Both the position numbers and the translations under genes were made by a program. From Cyanobacteria bacterium P01_A01_bin.123 (GTDB taxonomy: Bacteria; Cyanobacteriota; Cyanobacteriia; Phormidesmidales; Phormidesmidaceae), in assembly GCA_039815185.1 (NCBI GenBank), contig JBCBZT010000001.1:192001-256000 (forward strand): 64,000 bases of DNA, in the 5' to 3' direction. The notes under the pieces are model-generated. The model was not told the origin of the DNA and did no database searches. It was given only the letters and a program-made list of their open reading frames with translations. The stretch's first letter is position 1. Each line of letters begins with the position of its first letter. Positions 38,895 to 48,841 of the stretch are shown here, piece after piece.

Positions 38895-41800
38895 GTGAAG
38901 ATTCTGGTTGTAGAAGACGATCCAACGGTTGCGCAGACCTTACAACATCTGCTCTCTAGCTACCACTACGCAGTTGATACTGCAGCCGATGGCGAAGTTG
39001 GGCTGCAAATGGCAGATGCCTTTGACTATGACTTGATGTTGCTCGACATCTTGTTGCCTCGATTAGATGGAATTAGCCTGTGCCAACAGTTACGGGCCAG
39101 CGGGTCTCAGATCCCTATTTTATTGTTGACGGGCCAAGGGGGCGGGCATCAAAAAGCAACTGCGCTCAATATCGGTGCGGATGATTATATTGTTAAGCCC
39201 TTTGATGCTGAGGAGCTGATTGCGCGGGTGCAGGCCCTACTGCGTCGCGGGGGGCCTAAAAACCAACCGATATTAGCGTGGGGTAATCTATCGATTGATC
39301 CCAGTCGGCGTCGGGTGATTTATGATACTCACCTCATCTCTGTGACGCCAAAAGAGTACGCCATTTTAGAGTTATTTTTGCGAAATAATCAGACGGTGTT
39401 TAGCGCCAGCGCGATCCTAGACCATGTTTGGGAGTCTGCTGAATCTCCAGGAGAAGAAGCCGTGCGGGTTCACATCAAGGAGATCCGGCAAAAATTGAAA
39501 GCTGCTGGTGCCCCCAAGGACTTGATTAAAACCATACATCGGGTGGGTTATCGGCTAAATCCACTGTATTCGTCCTTCCTGGCGACTCAGCGTGAGCAAC
39601 CCTTGACCCCAGGGCAAATTGCTGAACTCAAATCAGTGAATGGAGAATTGCGAGTAGCGCTAGAACAACTGCGATCGACCCAGGCAGAGCTCCACCAGAA
39701 AAATCAAGAGTTAGCGATCGCCTATCAAACACTTGAACAAGAGCAGCAGCAATTACAAACCGCTCGGGATCAACTGGAAGGTCGGGTAGCAGAGCGCACT
39801 GCGAAATTAGCTGAGGCTGATCACCAACGCCAGCAACAAGATCATCAATGGCAAGCGCTATTTGAACGAGAACAGCTGATTACTGAAATTACCGATTCAA
39901 TTCGGCAAACCCTTGATTTAGATCAGATCTTGCATTCCGCAGTGGATCAGGTCCGGCAAATTCTGCAAACTGATCGGGTGATCATCTTTCGATTCCAACC
40001 CGATTGGAAAGGCAAGGTCGTTGCCGAATCTGTGTCATCGGATTGGACTGCGATTTTATCCACAAAAATCCATGATCCCTGTCTGGGCAAAAACTATACG
40101 GAACGTTATCGCCAGGGGCGGGTCACGGTGACGCCAGACCTGCACGCAGCAAACATCAGCCCATGCTATCTAGAACTGCTAAATCATTTTCAGGTACGGG
40201 CGAACTTGGTAGTGCCCATCTTGCAAGGCGAAAAATTGTGGGGATTGCTAATTGCCCATCACTGTTCGGCACCCCGACAGTGGGAAACTGACAATATTCA
40301 GCTGCTCCAGCAAGTGGCAATTCAGCTCGGGATTGCCCTCCAACAGGCAGAGCTCTATCAAAGAACACACCGTGAGTTGCAAGAACGACGCCAAATCCAA
40401 GATGCCCTCCAAGAAAGTGAAGAACGCTTTCGATCCCTTAGTGTCTTTGCCCCCGTCGGCATCTATCAAACGGATATTGATGGTCATTTCGTATATACCA
40501 ATCCCCGCTGGCAAGAAATTGCCGGTTTAACCTTCGAAGAGAGCCTGGGAGCAGGCTGGGAGCAAGGTATCCACCCAGATGATCAAAAAATGGTCTTTAC
40601 TGCGTGGCATCAACTTATTTGTCAGAAAAATGACTTTTCCCTGGAGTTTCGCTTCCTCACGCCTGAAGGCAAGGAGCGCTGGGTTTTTGGACAGGCGACA
40701 GCTATTCGCTCAGTCACAGGACAAGTGATTGGCTATGTCGGCGTGAACGAAGACATCACTGAACAAAAGCAGGCTGAAATCGCGTTGCATGAAAGCGAAG
40801 CCCGTTTTCGCCAGATGGCCGCCTTATTAGATATTTCCCCCGATGCCATTTTTGTGCGCGATCTCGACCAGCACATTCTCTATTGGAATCAGGGTGCCGA
40901 GCGGCTGTATGGCTGGCAAGCCGCAGAGGCAATTGGTCAGAGAGCGAATGAACTTTTGCAAAACGAGGATACTCAGACCCAGAAGATTTTGCAAACGCTG
41001 CTGGAGCAGGGTGAGTGGCGGGGGGAACTCCGCAAAGTGACCAAAGCGGGTCAGGAAGTTATCACTGAAGGCCGTTGGACGTTAGCGCGGGATGAGACCG
41101 GTCAACCCAAATTTATTCTGTCAGTCGATACTGACGTGACTGAAAAGAAACAACTAGAAGCTCAGTTTTATCAAGCCCAACGACTGGAGAGCCTGGGTAG
41201 ATTGGCTAGCGGTATTGCCCACGACCTTAACAATGTATTGACCCCGATCTTGACCATTACTCAGCTTTTACGCCTGACGCAGCCAGATCTCGATAAAACC
41301 ACTCGGGAGCGGTTGAAACTGGTAGAGGACAGCGCTAAACGGGGGGCTGATATGGTCAAACAAGTGCTGACCTTCACCCAGGGCAGCAGTCGGGAGCGAA
41401 CCCCAGTGGCCCTTGCCCCACTCTTGCAAGAAGTGACCAGCATGGCGCGACAAAGTTTTCCAAAATCCATCAAAATTCGCCAAAAGTTTTCAGCATCAGA
41501 GCACCCAAAGCGATCGCTGGGGGCTGTTGCGGCTGATCCAACTCACCTACATCAGGTGTTGATGAACCTGTGTATTAATGCCCGTGATGCGATGCCCCAT
41601 GGCGGCACGCTGACCCTCTCCGCCGAAAATAACTTCGTTGATGAGACCACTGCCCAGCGAAATTGGGGTGCCCAGGTTGGCAATCATGTGGTCATTACCA
41701 TTGCCGACACCGGCACTGGGATTGCGCCTGAAGTGCGCGATCGCATGTTTGATCCCTTTTTTACGACTAAAGAGACAGGCCAAGGTATTGGCCTCGGCCT

Positions 41801-42314
41801 TGCCACAGTTTTAGGGATTGTCAAAAACTACGGTGGGTTTTTGCAAGTCTTCAGCGAAGTTGGCCAGGGAACTCAAGTGAAGGTGTATTTACCCGCCATT
41901 GAAGCCGCTTCAACTGAAGACAATCCGTCAAGCGAGCAGTTTAACGGACAGGGAGAACTGGTTTTAATTGTGGATGATGACAATGCGGTGCAACAAACGA
42001 CTCAAACGCTGCTAGAAAGCCACCACTATACGACGTTATTGGCTAATGATGGTGTGGAGGCGATCGCCCTGTTTACCCATTATCACAATGACATCAAACT
42101 GGTCGTCTTAGATGTGATGATGCCTAATATGGGCGGCATCCCCCTAATTCAAAGACTTAAGGCCTTGAATCCGATAATTAAAATCATTGCCATCAGTGGA
42201 TTACCTGCTAATCGAGCTCCAGTTTTAGCCGCAGGAGCCAATGCCTTTTTGCCCAAGCCTTATCCCATAGAAAACTTTTTAAGGGCTGTAGAACTAGCCC
42301 ATACGCAATCGTAA
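38895..42314 (+). CDS. OmpR-type REC-wHTH fused to CBCR GAF, PAS-PAS, histidine kinase and REC
   Basis: N-terminal REC + wHTH (VRVHIKEIRQKL, IKTIHRVGYRL); GAF with DPCL and PCY; AHDLNN; C-terminal LDVMMP. Confidence 0.9.
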   Translation: MKILVVEDDPTVAQTLQHLLSSYHYAVDTAADGEVGLQMADAFDYDLMLLDILLPRLDGISLCQQLRASGSQIPILLLTGQGGGHQKATALNIGADDYIVKPFDAEELIARVQALLRRGGPKNQPILAWGNLSIDPSRRRVIYDTHLISVTPKEYAILELFLRNNQTVFSASAILDHVWESAESPGEEAVRVHIKEIRQKLKAAGAPKDLIKTIHRVGYRLNPLYSSFLATQREQPLTPGQIAELKSVNGELRVALEQLRSTQAELHQKNQELAIAYQTLEQEQQQLQTARDQLEGRVAERTAKLAEADHQRQQQDHQWQALFEREQLITEITDSIRQTLDLDQILHSAVDQVRQILQTDRVIIFRFQPDWKGKVVAESVSSDWTAILSTKIHDPCLGKNYTERYRQGRVTVTPDLHAANISPCYLELLNHFQVRANLVVPILQGEKLWGLLIAHHCSAPRQWETDNIQLLQQVAIQLGIALQQAELYQRTHRELQERRQIQDALQESEERFRSLSVFAPVGIYQTDIDGHFVYTNPRWQEIAGLTFEESLGAGWEQGIHPDDQKMVFTAWHQLICQKNDFSLEFRFLTPEGKERWVFGQATAIRSVTGQVIGYVGVNEDITEQKQAEIALHESEARFRQMAALLDISPDAIFVRDLDQHILYWNQGAERLYGWQAAEAIGQRANELLQNEDTQTQKILQTLLEQGEWRGELRKVTKAGQEVITEGRWTLARDETGQPKFILSVDTDVTEKKQLEAQFYQAQRLESLGRLASGIAHDLNNVLTPILTITQLLRLTQPDLDKTTRERLKLVEDSAKRGADMVKQVLTFTQGSSRERTPVALAPLLQEVTSMARQSFPKSIKIRQKFSASEHPKRSLGAVAADPTHLHQVLMNLCINARDAMPHGGTLTLSAENNFVDETTAQRNWGAQVGNHVVITIADTGTGIAPEVRDRMFDPFFTTKETGQGIGLGLATVLGIVKNYGGFLQVFSEVGQGTQVKVYLPAIEAASTEDNPSSEQFNGQGELVLIVDDDNAVQQTTQTLLESHHYTTLLANDGVEAIALFTHYHNDIKLVVLDVMMPNMGGIPLIQRLKALNPIIKIIAISGLPANRAPVLAAGANAFLPKPYPIENFLRAVELAHTQS

Positions 42315-42440
42315 CGAGACCCAGCAGAATTGTGTGTCGGCATTTTGCATACCCCTGATTCCAGGCTACCGCAGCTTCAGATCCGGTTTGCACTTGCCGG
42401 AAGCGTTACAAAATATTTCGGCGTACTCCCAACATCTACA

Positions 42441-42475
42441 TTCCTCACAGCTTTTTCACAATTGCTCCCCATAAT
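42441..42475 (+). promoter_or_regulatory. Direct-repeat operator upstream of the DUF1816-like gene
   Basis: TTCCTCACAGCTTTTTCACAATTGCTCCCCATAAT; paralogue of 38738-38772. Confidence 0.55.
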
Positions 42476-42673
42476 GATTTTTAACAGTTCTGGAGTTGCT
42501 TATTCCTGATTAAGAATTGTTAGAATCCTGACAACTTCTTTATAAGCGCTCACCATAATTATTCTATAGACTGAGCTTGTTCATAATTCATTAAAGAATG
42601 TTTACAAACATTTTTCATGGAGTTGAACTGCCACTAGGGTATCAATCCTTAATTTAAATCAGAGATTAAAACC

Positions 42674-42991
42674 ATGATCGCATCTGTAAAAGAGCAAAAA
42701 GAACAACCAAAATCCCAACAGATTGAAGCCCTTTCATTAGCTTGGTGGCTTCAGTTTGAAGCTTCAAACCCAACCTGCATATACTTCTGCGGCCCATTTG
42801 AGAGTCAACAAGAAGCAGACGCTTCTATAGATCTCTATTTGGAAAACTTCAAGCAAGAACATGAGCAAATCGTCAATGTCAGCAGCAGATTTTGCCAGCC
42901 CCGGCAATCTATGATCACCGAGTGTGAATTAACCTTTGCAGACTTGGCAAATTCGTCTCTCCCATTTTTTAGGTGCTTAATCAAGCATTAA
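42674..42991 (+). CDS. DUF1816-like protein
   Basis: AWW...NPTCIYFCGPFESQQEA...FCQP. Confidence 0.75.
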   Translation: MIASVKEQKEQPKSQQIEALSLAWWLQFEASNPTCIYFCGPFESQQEADASIDLYLENFKQEHEQIVNVSSRFCQPRQSMITECELTFADLANSSLPFFRCLIKH

Positions 42992-43043
42992 TCACAGGGG
43001 TATGTGTCTCAAAGCGCTTGAGGCACTGCGCAAAGCTATTATC

Positions 43044-43076
43044 AAACCGCCACAATGCATCGCGCTGTGGCGGTTT
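43044..43076 (+). terminator. Putative intrinsic terminator
   Basis: AAACCGCCACA...TGTGGCGGTTT hairpin between convergent genes. Confidence 0.55.
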
Positions 43077-43081
43077 TGAAT

Positions 43082-43145
43082 TATGGTGCTGGCCAGATTG
43101 CTTAATGCACCGAGTATCGCCAGACTTCTGAGTATGCAAGCAATC
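43082..43145 (-). mobile_element. Partial copy of the MITE-like element
   Basis: GCTGGCCAGATTGCTTAATGCACCGAGTATCGC...CTGAGTATGCAAGCAATC. Confidence 0.7.
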
Positions 43146-43154
43146 ATTTGAACT

Positions 43155-43631
43155 TTACATCTCCTCAGCCAACGGTGGGAGCCGTTGCTGAATGGGTGAC
43201 GACTGAATCAAGGATGTGTTGGTTTGAGCATAAGGGATCAGCCGATCGATGATGGGTTCAAGTTCATCGGCAGACCTAATATAAACTTTGGCAATGAAAC
43301 AGTCATCGCCCGTAATCCGATCGCACGACACAATCTCAGCGATCTCAGTGATGAGAGAAACAACTTTTGAAAGTTGCCCGGGGAGAGGCCGAATTCGAAT
43401 ATAGAACGCTAGAGAGTAGCCCAGCATTTGGGGATTGATTTCGATTGTAAAGGCTTGGATGAGGCCAGACTCCTCTAGTCGGCGTAGGCGCTCAGACACG
43501 CTTGGGGCAGACATATTGAGCAATCTAGCCAAATCTGCAATAGAGGTTCTGGCGTCTGTCTTTAAGGCATAGAGTAGTTTAATGTCTACGCTGTCTAATC
43601 TAGCTTTTTGCATTCGAAGGCGTTTTTCCAT
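43155..43631 (-). CDS. Lrp/AsnC family transcriptional regulator
   Basis: LDSVD...DARTSIADLAR...SVSERLRRLEESGLI; ITGDDCF. Confidence 0.93.
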   Translation of the reverse strand: MEKRLRMQKARLDSVDIKLLYALKTDARTSIADLARLLNMSAPSVSERLRRLEESGLIQAFTIEINPQMLGYSLAFYIRIRPLPGQLSKVVSLITEIAEIVSCDRITGDDCFIAKVYIRSADELEPIIDRLIPYAQTNTSLIQSSPIQQRLPPLAEEM

Positions 43632-43716
43632 TTTTCCCTTGATTACTTAGCCAAAACTTCTATACTGACTTTGAATTGGCATGTCAAGCGCCAAAAAGCA
43701 TTGATACGATTAGCGC

Positions 43717-44604
43717 ATGAAAATACCCAGCGTTATATCGTCCCGTGCGGCAGCAGCACCGCCACACCTTTGGTTCGTCATCAGCGCCATCTTCCACTAT
43801 TTAGGGCCGTCATTCGCTGTCCTGCTTTTCCAACATGTGGGTGTCTTAGGCGTGGCTTGGTTTCGGATTACCAGTGCAGCATTGATTTTTGCCATTTGGA
43901 CAAAGCCCTGGCAAACGTTTCGTTCGGCAAGTCGAGACGTCATTGTTCTGTTATTGCTGCTGGGGGCCTGCCTTGCAGTCATGAACAGCACGTTTTACTT
44001 GGCCATTGATCGTTTGCCACTCAGCCTGGTGGCGGCAATCGAGTTTGTGGGCACAATTGCGATCGCGCTGTTTGGATTAAGGTCGCGGCACAACTATATG
44101 GCGTTGTTACTGGCCATAGTCGGCGTCTTTATTCTGACTGATGTACGTTGGTCTAGCGATCCGCTAGGACTTGCCTTTGCCGTTATAAATGGCTTGTTGT
44201 TCATGGCTTACATCGTGCTGGGTCATCGCATTGCACACCATGGCGCAGGGGAGGGCGTAGGACGTTTGGGCGCTGCTATGGCGGCAGCTTTTATTTTTGT
44301 GATGCCCATTGGACTCTCTGACGCGATCGCGGCCCTTCCTCATCCCGCACTTATTTTTGCAGGCATTGGGGTCGGTGTCAGTTCTTCAGTGATTCCCTAC
44401 ATTTGTGACCAACTGGCGATGTCTCGACTGCCGCGAAATTCATTTGCGCTCCTACTGGCGTTGCTGCCTGCCACTGCAACAATAGTCGGTGCAATCGTAT
44501 TGGGTCAGATTCCAACCTTGAAAGATATCATCGGCATTTTATTGGTGATGGCTGGTGTAGCCTTGCACAAACCTGCAACATCAATCCCATCCGATAGGGT
44601 GTAA
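43717..44604 (+). CDS. EamA/RhtA family transporter
   Basis: About 10 TM helices; FYLAIDRLPL, AIEFVG, SSVIPY; divergent from the Lrp gene. Confidence 0.9.
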   Translation: MKIPSVISSRAAAAPPHLWFVISAIFHYLGPSFAVLLFQHVGVLGVAWFRITSAALIFAIWTKPWQTFRSASRDVIVLLLLLGACLAVMNSTFYLAIDRLPLSLVAAIEFVGTIAIALFGLRSRHNYMALLLAIVGVFILTDVRWSSDPLGLAFAVINGLLFMAYIVLGHRIAHHGAGEGVGRLGAAMAAAFIFVMPIGLSDAIAALPHPALIFAGIGVGVSSSVIPYICDQLAMSRLPRNSFALLLALLPATATIVGAIVLGQIPTLKDIIGILLVMAGVALHKPATSIPSDRV

Positions 44605-44619
44605 AGTGCAATCTTGTCA

Positions 44620-45990
44620 CTACTGATCGTTGAGCTGTTGGCGGATATTCAACATCTCGGATTCTAATTGAGCTAGTTTCGCCTTCAGGGCAGCAATGTT
44701 AGGATGCGGAGCAGCCCCCTCTGGCTTTTGAGGCAAACGATTCACTAGCGATTGAGGCATTTGAGACTTTGCTCGAACCTGAAGCTGACTCTCCCTGCCC
44801 TTTTGAGGTAATTGGCTCACGATTCCCTGAGATAGGCGAGCCCTTGCTTGAGCCTCGGTCTGAACCCCCTCGACAATCTGTTCAAAATCAGCTTGCCTGC
44901 TGGTAAACGCCTGGCTAAAGCCATTGGCATAGGGACGCACTAACTCAGCCTGGGGCGGACTCAAAATTGCCAGAATCTGCTCAAACAACAACCGATTCGC
45001 TAACGCCGTCAATTCCCATTTGACCCCGATCGCCGGATTCACCATGACGAACAAGGGGACAAGCTCATCTTCGATCGGTGACAGGCTTTCCTCTAAGAAG
45101 GACAGCCAAAAATAAGCCTGGGCCATCTGCAGATCGCGGATGGAAGAGTGAGCTACTTCTGGATCGCTGAGGAGTCCACGACGGCTGTAATGATGGGGTA
45201 ATTGCGCTATCAACTGGTTGTGAACTTGATGGGCGATCGCCTGACTTTGGGGTAGACAGTGCTCAACAATAGCAAATATAGGACTGTCCAGCTCGTGAAG
45301 ACTCGCTGCCAAGCAAACACGCTGCCAAGGTAGGGCAACCTGTTCTTCAACAAATCTAAAATAAGGGTAGATCAATACCTGTTCTGGCTTCGATAGGCCC
45401 TGAAGCAGTAGCTTGTTGCAGAAATTCAGCAGCGTCGTTAGAAAACCCAGAGTACGCCAGTTTTTCGAGAGGATATGCTGCTGTTGAAACTCGACCAGTA
45501 GCGGTTCTAGATCCATAGCCAACTGCTCAATGGGGGGCATTCCCCAAGTTTCCATAGAGAGATTTGCCCACGCCGAAGCAACACTGCCTTTGCGATCAGT
45601 GCCTCGGGGAATATACATAATCTTTTGCTTGTCAGCGACAGTGGGTGAAAGCTGATGATAGATTTCAGCCAGTTGTAGATAGATCAGCAAGGCAAATTCG
45701 GAGAGTCGTCGGGCATCACTAAGATTGACGACATTTGCAAGATAAGAATAAAGAGATTTGGTTTGCAGGCTAGCCATTTGGCATTTGAGCACGACCACAT
45801 TTTTAGTGATCTTAGAAGCTGTTTTGTAGCGACCTCTAATGGATGCCGTCTCAATCAGAGATTTTCGAAACTCTACTGTGTCTTCTATTTTTGATAGCGA
45901 TGATAGATCGGGTATGTAACGTTGTCCCCAAATCTGAATCAATCGCTTGACTGATGGAGTTTGAGCCTGCGGTAACGACGGAATTAGCAT
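44620..45990 (-). CDS. Hypothetical protein with C-terminal phycobiliprotein-like (globin-fold) domain lacking the bilin Cys
   Basis: IAHQVHNQLIAQLP...S..G.....E....SIRDL...SPIE...G...LS...A aligns gaplessly to allophycocyanin alpha as recalled; ATG at 45990 preferred to TTG at 46059. Confidence 0.75.
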   Translation of the reverse strand: MLIPSLPQAQTPSVKRLIQIWGQRYIPDLSSLSKIEDTVEFRKSLIETASIRGRYKTASKITKNVVVLKCQMASLQTKSLYSYLANVVNLSDARRLSEFALLIYLQLAEIYHQLSPTVADKQKIMYIPRGTDRKGSVASAWANLSMETWGMPPIEQLAMDLEPLLVEFQQQHILSKNWRTLGFLTTLLNFCNKLLLQGLSKPEQVLIYPYFRFVEEQVALPWQRVCLAASLHELDSPIFAIVEHCLPQSQAIAHQVHNQLIAQLPHHYSRRGLLSDPEVAHSSIRDLQMAQAYFWLSFLEESLSPIEDELVPLFVMVNPAIGVKWELTALANRLLFEQILAILSPPQAELVRPYANGFSQAFTSRQADFEQIVEGVQTEAQARARLSQGIVSQLPQKGRESQLQVRAKSQMPQSLVNRLPQKPEGAAPHPNIAALKAKLAQLESEMLNIRQQLNDQ

Positions 45991-46233
45991 AAGTGTGTGT
46001 GATGGTGATAATCGGAGAGAACACTCAGAAGATCTGACTGAGAAATAAGATTTGGCCAATGCGGTTTACAGGTAGTAAAAATTAACCGGTGCAGGCAACA
46101 CGGTGGCGAGCAAGAGAGGCATCGCAAGGCTAAAAGCATTTAAGATGTGTCTGGCTTTTGGGGTTTGTATAGCTTGTTACCAGATGACTCTCCCTAGTTT
46201 GACCCAGGCATTCAGCCATTCATAAGTATTCAT

Positions 46234-46518
46234 TCAGCCGTTAGAAGTTTCTATTAATTCTTCTAAATGTGAAGCGTTTATGCCTAGCCATTCCACTGTT
46301 TGATTAAATCCCCAGCCGCGATATTGAGCGATTGCTTGAATCTGTTTGAGAGTGATGGGTGTCCACTTAGAAGGCGACTGTACCCTCAGCCAGTCATTGA
46401 GAATGTTGCTTGGAATATGTAAGCTATCTGCTAATTCGTCAGGGCTTTTTCCTCTAGATACTTCGAGTTCTAACCAAGCCACCAATACTTGAATATTCCA
46501 AGGATAGTAGTTATACAT
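46234..46518 (-). CDS. Small HTH-like protein
   Basis: KSPDELADSLHIPSNILNDWL and ITLKQIQAIA pattern resembles Cro/XRE HTH. Confidence 0.6.
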   Translation of the reverse strand: MYNYYPWNIQVLVAWLELEVSRGKSPDELADSLHIPSNILNDWLRVQSPSKWTPITLKQIQAIAQYRGWGFNQTVEWLGINASHLEELIETSNG

Positions 46519-46588
46519 TGTTAGGCATCTTTCATATCATTGTTTTCTCTTTAGATGCACTCATTTTGTCAACACAGGCTAATGAAAC

Positions 46589-47728
46589 CTATAACAAATT
46601 TGGGCATAAAACCTTGAAGAATTGAGCTTCTACAGGCGTCATATCAGTCTGAATTAACAATTGTTGGAAGTTGCGAATGATAGCGCTGCAACGCTGAATA
46701 AAACGATATATCCAATGTTTAAGATCTTTTCGTTGATTTACATCCAAATCCTTTGATTTTGCCAAGCTCAACACGAGCTTACGATCTTTATAGGGTTCAA
46801 TCGGAACTAGCCAAGGTGTCTTAGGTTTTGTTTCGTTCCAATATCTAGCAGTTAAAGTTTCTCCTAGAAATTTCTGTGCAGTTTTGTTGAGGATAGTCAT
46901 AACGGTTAAGTAAGAAGCTAGCTCTGTTGGCTGACTATTGAGCTGTGAGGAGATTAAGACTGTTGCTTGGCGCGAGGGCAGTGGCTTTGACAATAAATAG
47001 CCTTGACCATACGCACACCCTAAAGCCTTCATAGCAATTAGCTGCTCATCAGTCTCAATACCTTTCGGAATGACTTGAATATTAGCCTTGCTAGCTATTG
47101 ATATGGTCGTTTTTAAGAAATCCTCCATGCACAAGCTATTTGATAGTTGATACATATCAATCTTGCTGATTTTAAGCGCTTTAATTGGCAAGCTAAACCA
47201 GTCTTGATAAGAGAGATCTGAAAAATGTAAGTCATCTATGCAAATTGAAATCCCCGCTCTCTTAAATCGGTTAATGGCAGTCTTTGCATCTGATCGATTT
47301 TGCATTACCCATTGCGCAGGAATTTCTAATTGTAGATAACCAGGTGCTATTCCGATTGAAGTTAGCGACTGTTCTATAAACTCAGCAAAATACGAGCAGA
47401 ATAATGGTTTAACAGAGAGATCAATGCTCAAGCATGAGAGGACATCTCCTACATATTGCATCTGCCATGATTGTAGTTGTCGGCAAGCTTCATCAAGTAC
47501 CCATTGGTGAAAGGGAATATCTAATTGAGATTTCTCTGCCCGTGTCAGTGGATTAGATGAATAGAGTCTTGCCTTATCTGGCTGCCAGTAGGTGAGACCT
47601 TCAAAAGAATATAGGTTCTGAGTTTCAAGGCAGATAATCGGCTGATAGCAAAGCCGAAATTCTCGTTTGAAGTAAGATGATGCAACGCTAGCGTCGGTTG
47701 AATACCGAATTGCCATTTCTCGGTTCAC
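46589..47728 (-). CDS. Degenerate EAL-domain protein with ~110-aa C-terminal domain
   Basis: YQPI, EGL for EAL, LQLEIP, IDDLHFSDLSY for DDFGTGYSS, KGIET for EGVE, YGQGYLLSKP. Confidence 0.85.
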   Translation of the reverse strand: MNREMAIRYSTDASVASSYFKREFRLCYQPIICLETQNLYSFEGLTYWQPDKARLYSSNPLTRAEKSQLDIPFHQWVLDEACRQLQSWQMQYVGDVLSCLSIDLSVKPLFCSYFAEFIEQSLTSIGIAPGYLQLEIPAQWVMQNRSDAKTAINRFKRAGISICIDDLHFSDLSYQDWFSLPIKALKISKIDMYQLSNSLCMEDFLKTTISIASKANIQVIPKGIETDEQLIAMKALGCAYGQGYLLSKPLPSRQATVLISSQLNSQPTELASYLTVMTILNKTAQKFLGETLTARYWNETKPKTPWLVPIEPYKDRKLVLSLAKSKDLDVNQRKDLKHWIYRFIQRCSAIIRNFQQLLIQTDMTPVEAQFFKVLCPNLL

Positions 47729-48841
47729 TGTAGCTGTATTCCTTAAAAACTGACTTGTTATACAAAAATTCCTTAAAAAAATGACTCCTCAGACTCATCA
47801 TTCCCTATAGTCTGATCGGCACAACAGCCTTTCCAAAACTAGTGTAAAAATCAGGCAAATTCAAATAAATGTCAACTCTTAGAAAATTCAAATCCCTTTC
47901 ATAGCAAAGATTTTAGAATTTGTAAATATATATCAACACATAAAACATAGAAAAACATTTAAATAGCATTTTCAGTCTTTCAAGCCTACGACAACATCCA
48001 CATATTCTCTGGCAAGAGATATGTAGAATGGCGCAAGCCCATTAAGTATTTTTCAGGCGTTAGGAGTGTGTTTGATCTATTTAGATCTGTCTATACATTA
48101 GTGGATATGGCATCTATAGCTATCAGGCAGATTTATTGAAATAAACTTACCTTATCTGGATAAAATCCTATCATGGCATTAGGAGTAATAGGGAAAATAG
48201 GGGCTGAAAGTCATTATCTTTATAAGCATTTAAAACGTTTCGCCAATAGCAATACTCATTAGTAATTCTCTGCACAGAGATTTTTTAAGCGCTACAGCCA
48301 ACAGGGAGTGCTTAATTCTTCCAAAAAAATAGCTATTACGCTAGCTATCTCAAGTTCGAGAAAGCAATAAAATGCTTGCTGCGCAAAGGTTATAACTGAG
48401 TCTTAAGCACTATTCTTTTTTTGAAAAATAATTAATGGATGTTCCTGGTTAGGGGTTCCCCTGATCAAAACTAGATTTGCAAGCAATTTAGAAAACCTTT
48501 TGAGGCGATGCTAACCCTTTAAGTTTCGTTAATTGCCAAGTTGGGCAAGAGCCAAAACCGCACTCTTGTCCAGCTTTATGTGGACAGTCTTTATCCCATT
48601 CCTGAACACGTTAGGCTAGATACAGCTAATCAGATTAGCTTCAATCGCCAATGAAAAAAGTGTGAGAGTTTTCTTATATTCATGAGAGTTTTCTCATGTT
48701 CAATACGGTTTCAGGATTGAGCCTATTGGACTTACTCACTACACCCAATTTGTGCTTAGCTTATTAATTGATTATATGCAAATTTAGGGCCTAGAGAGGA
48801 TGTTTGTTTCGACAAATATCCTCTCTAGGTACATTTGTCGC

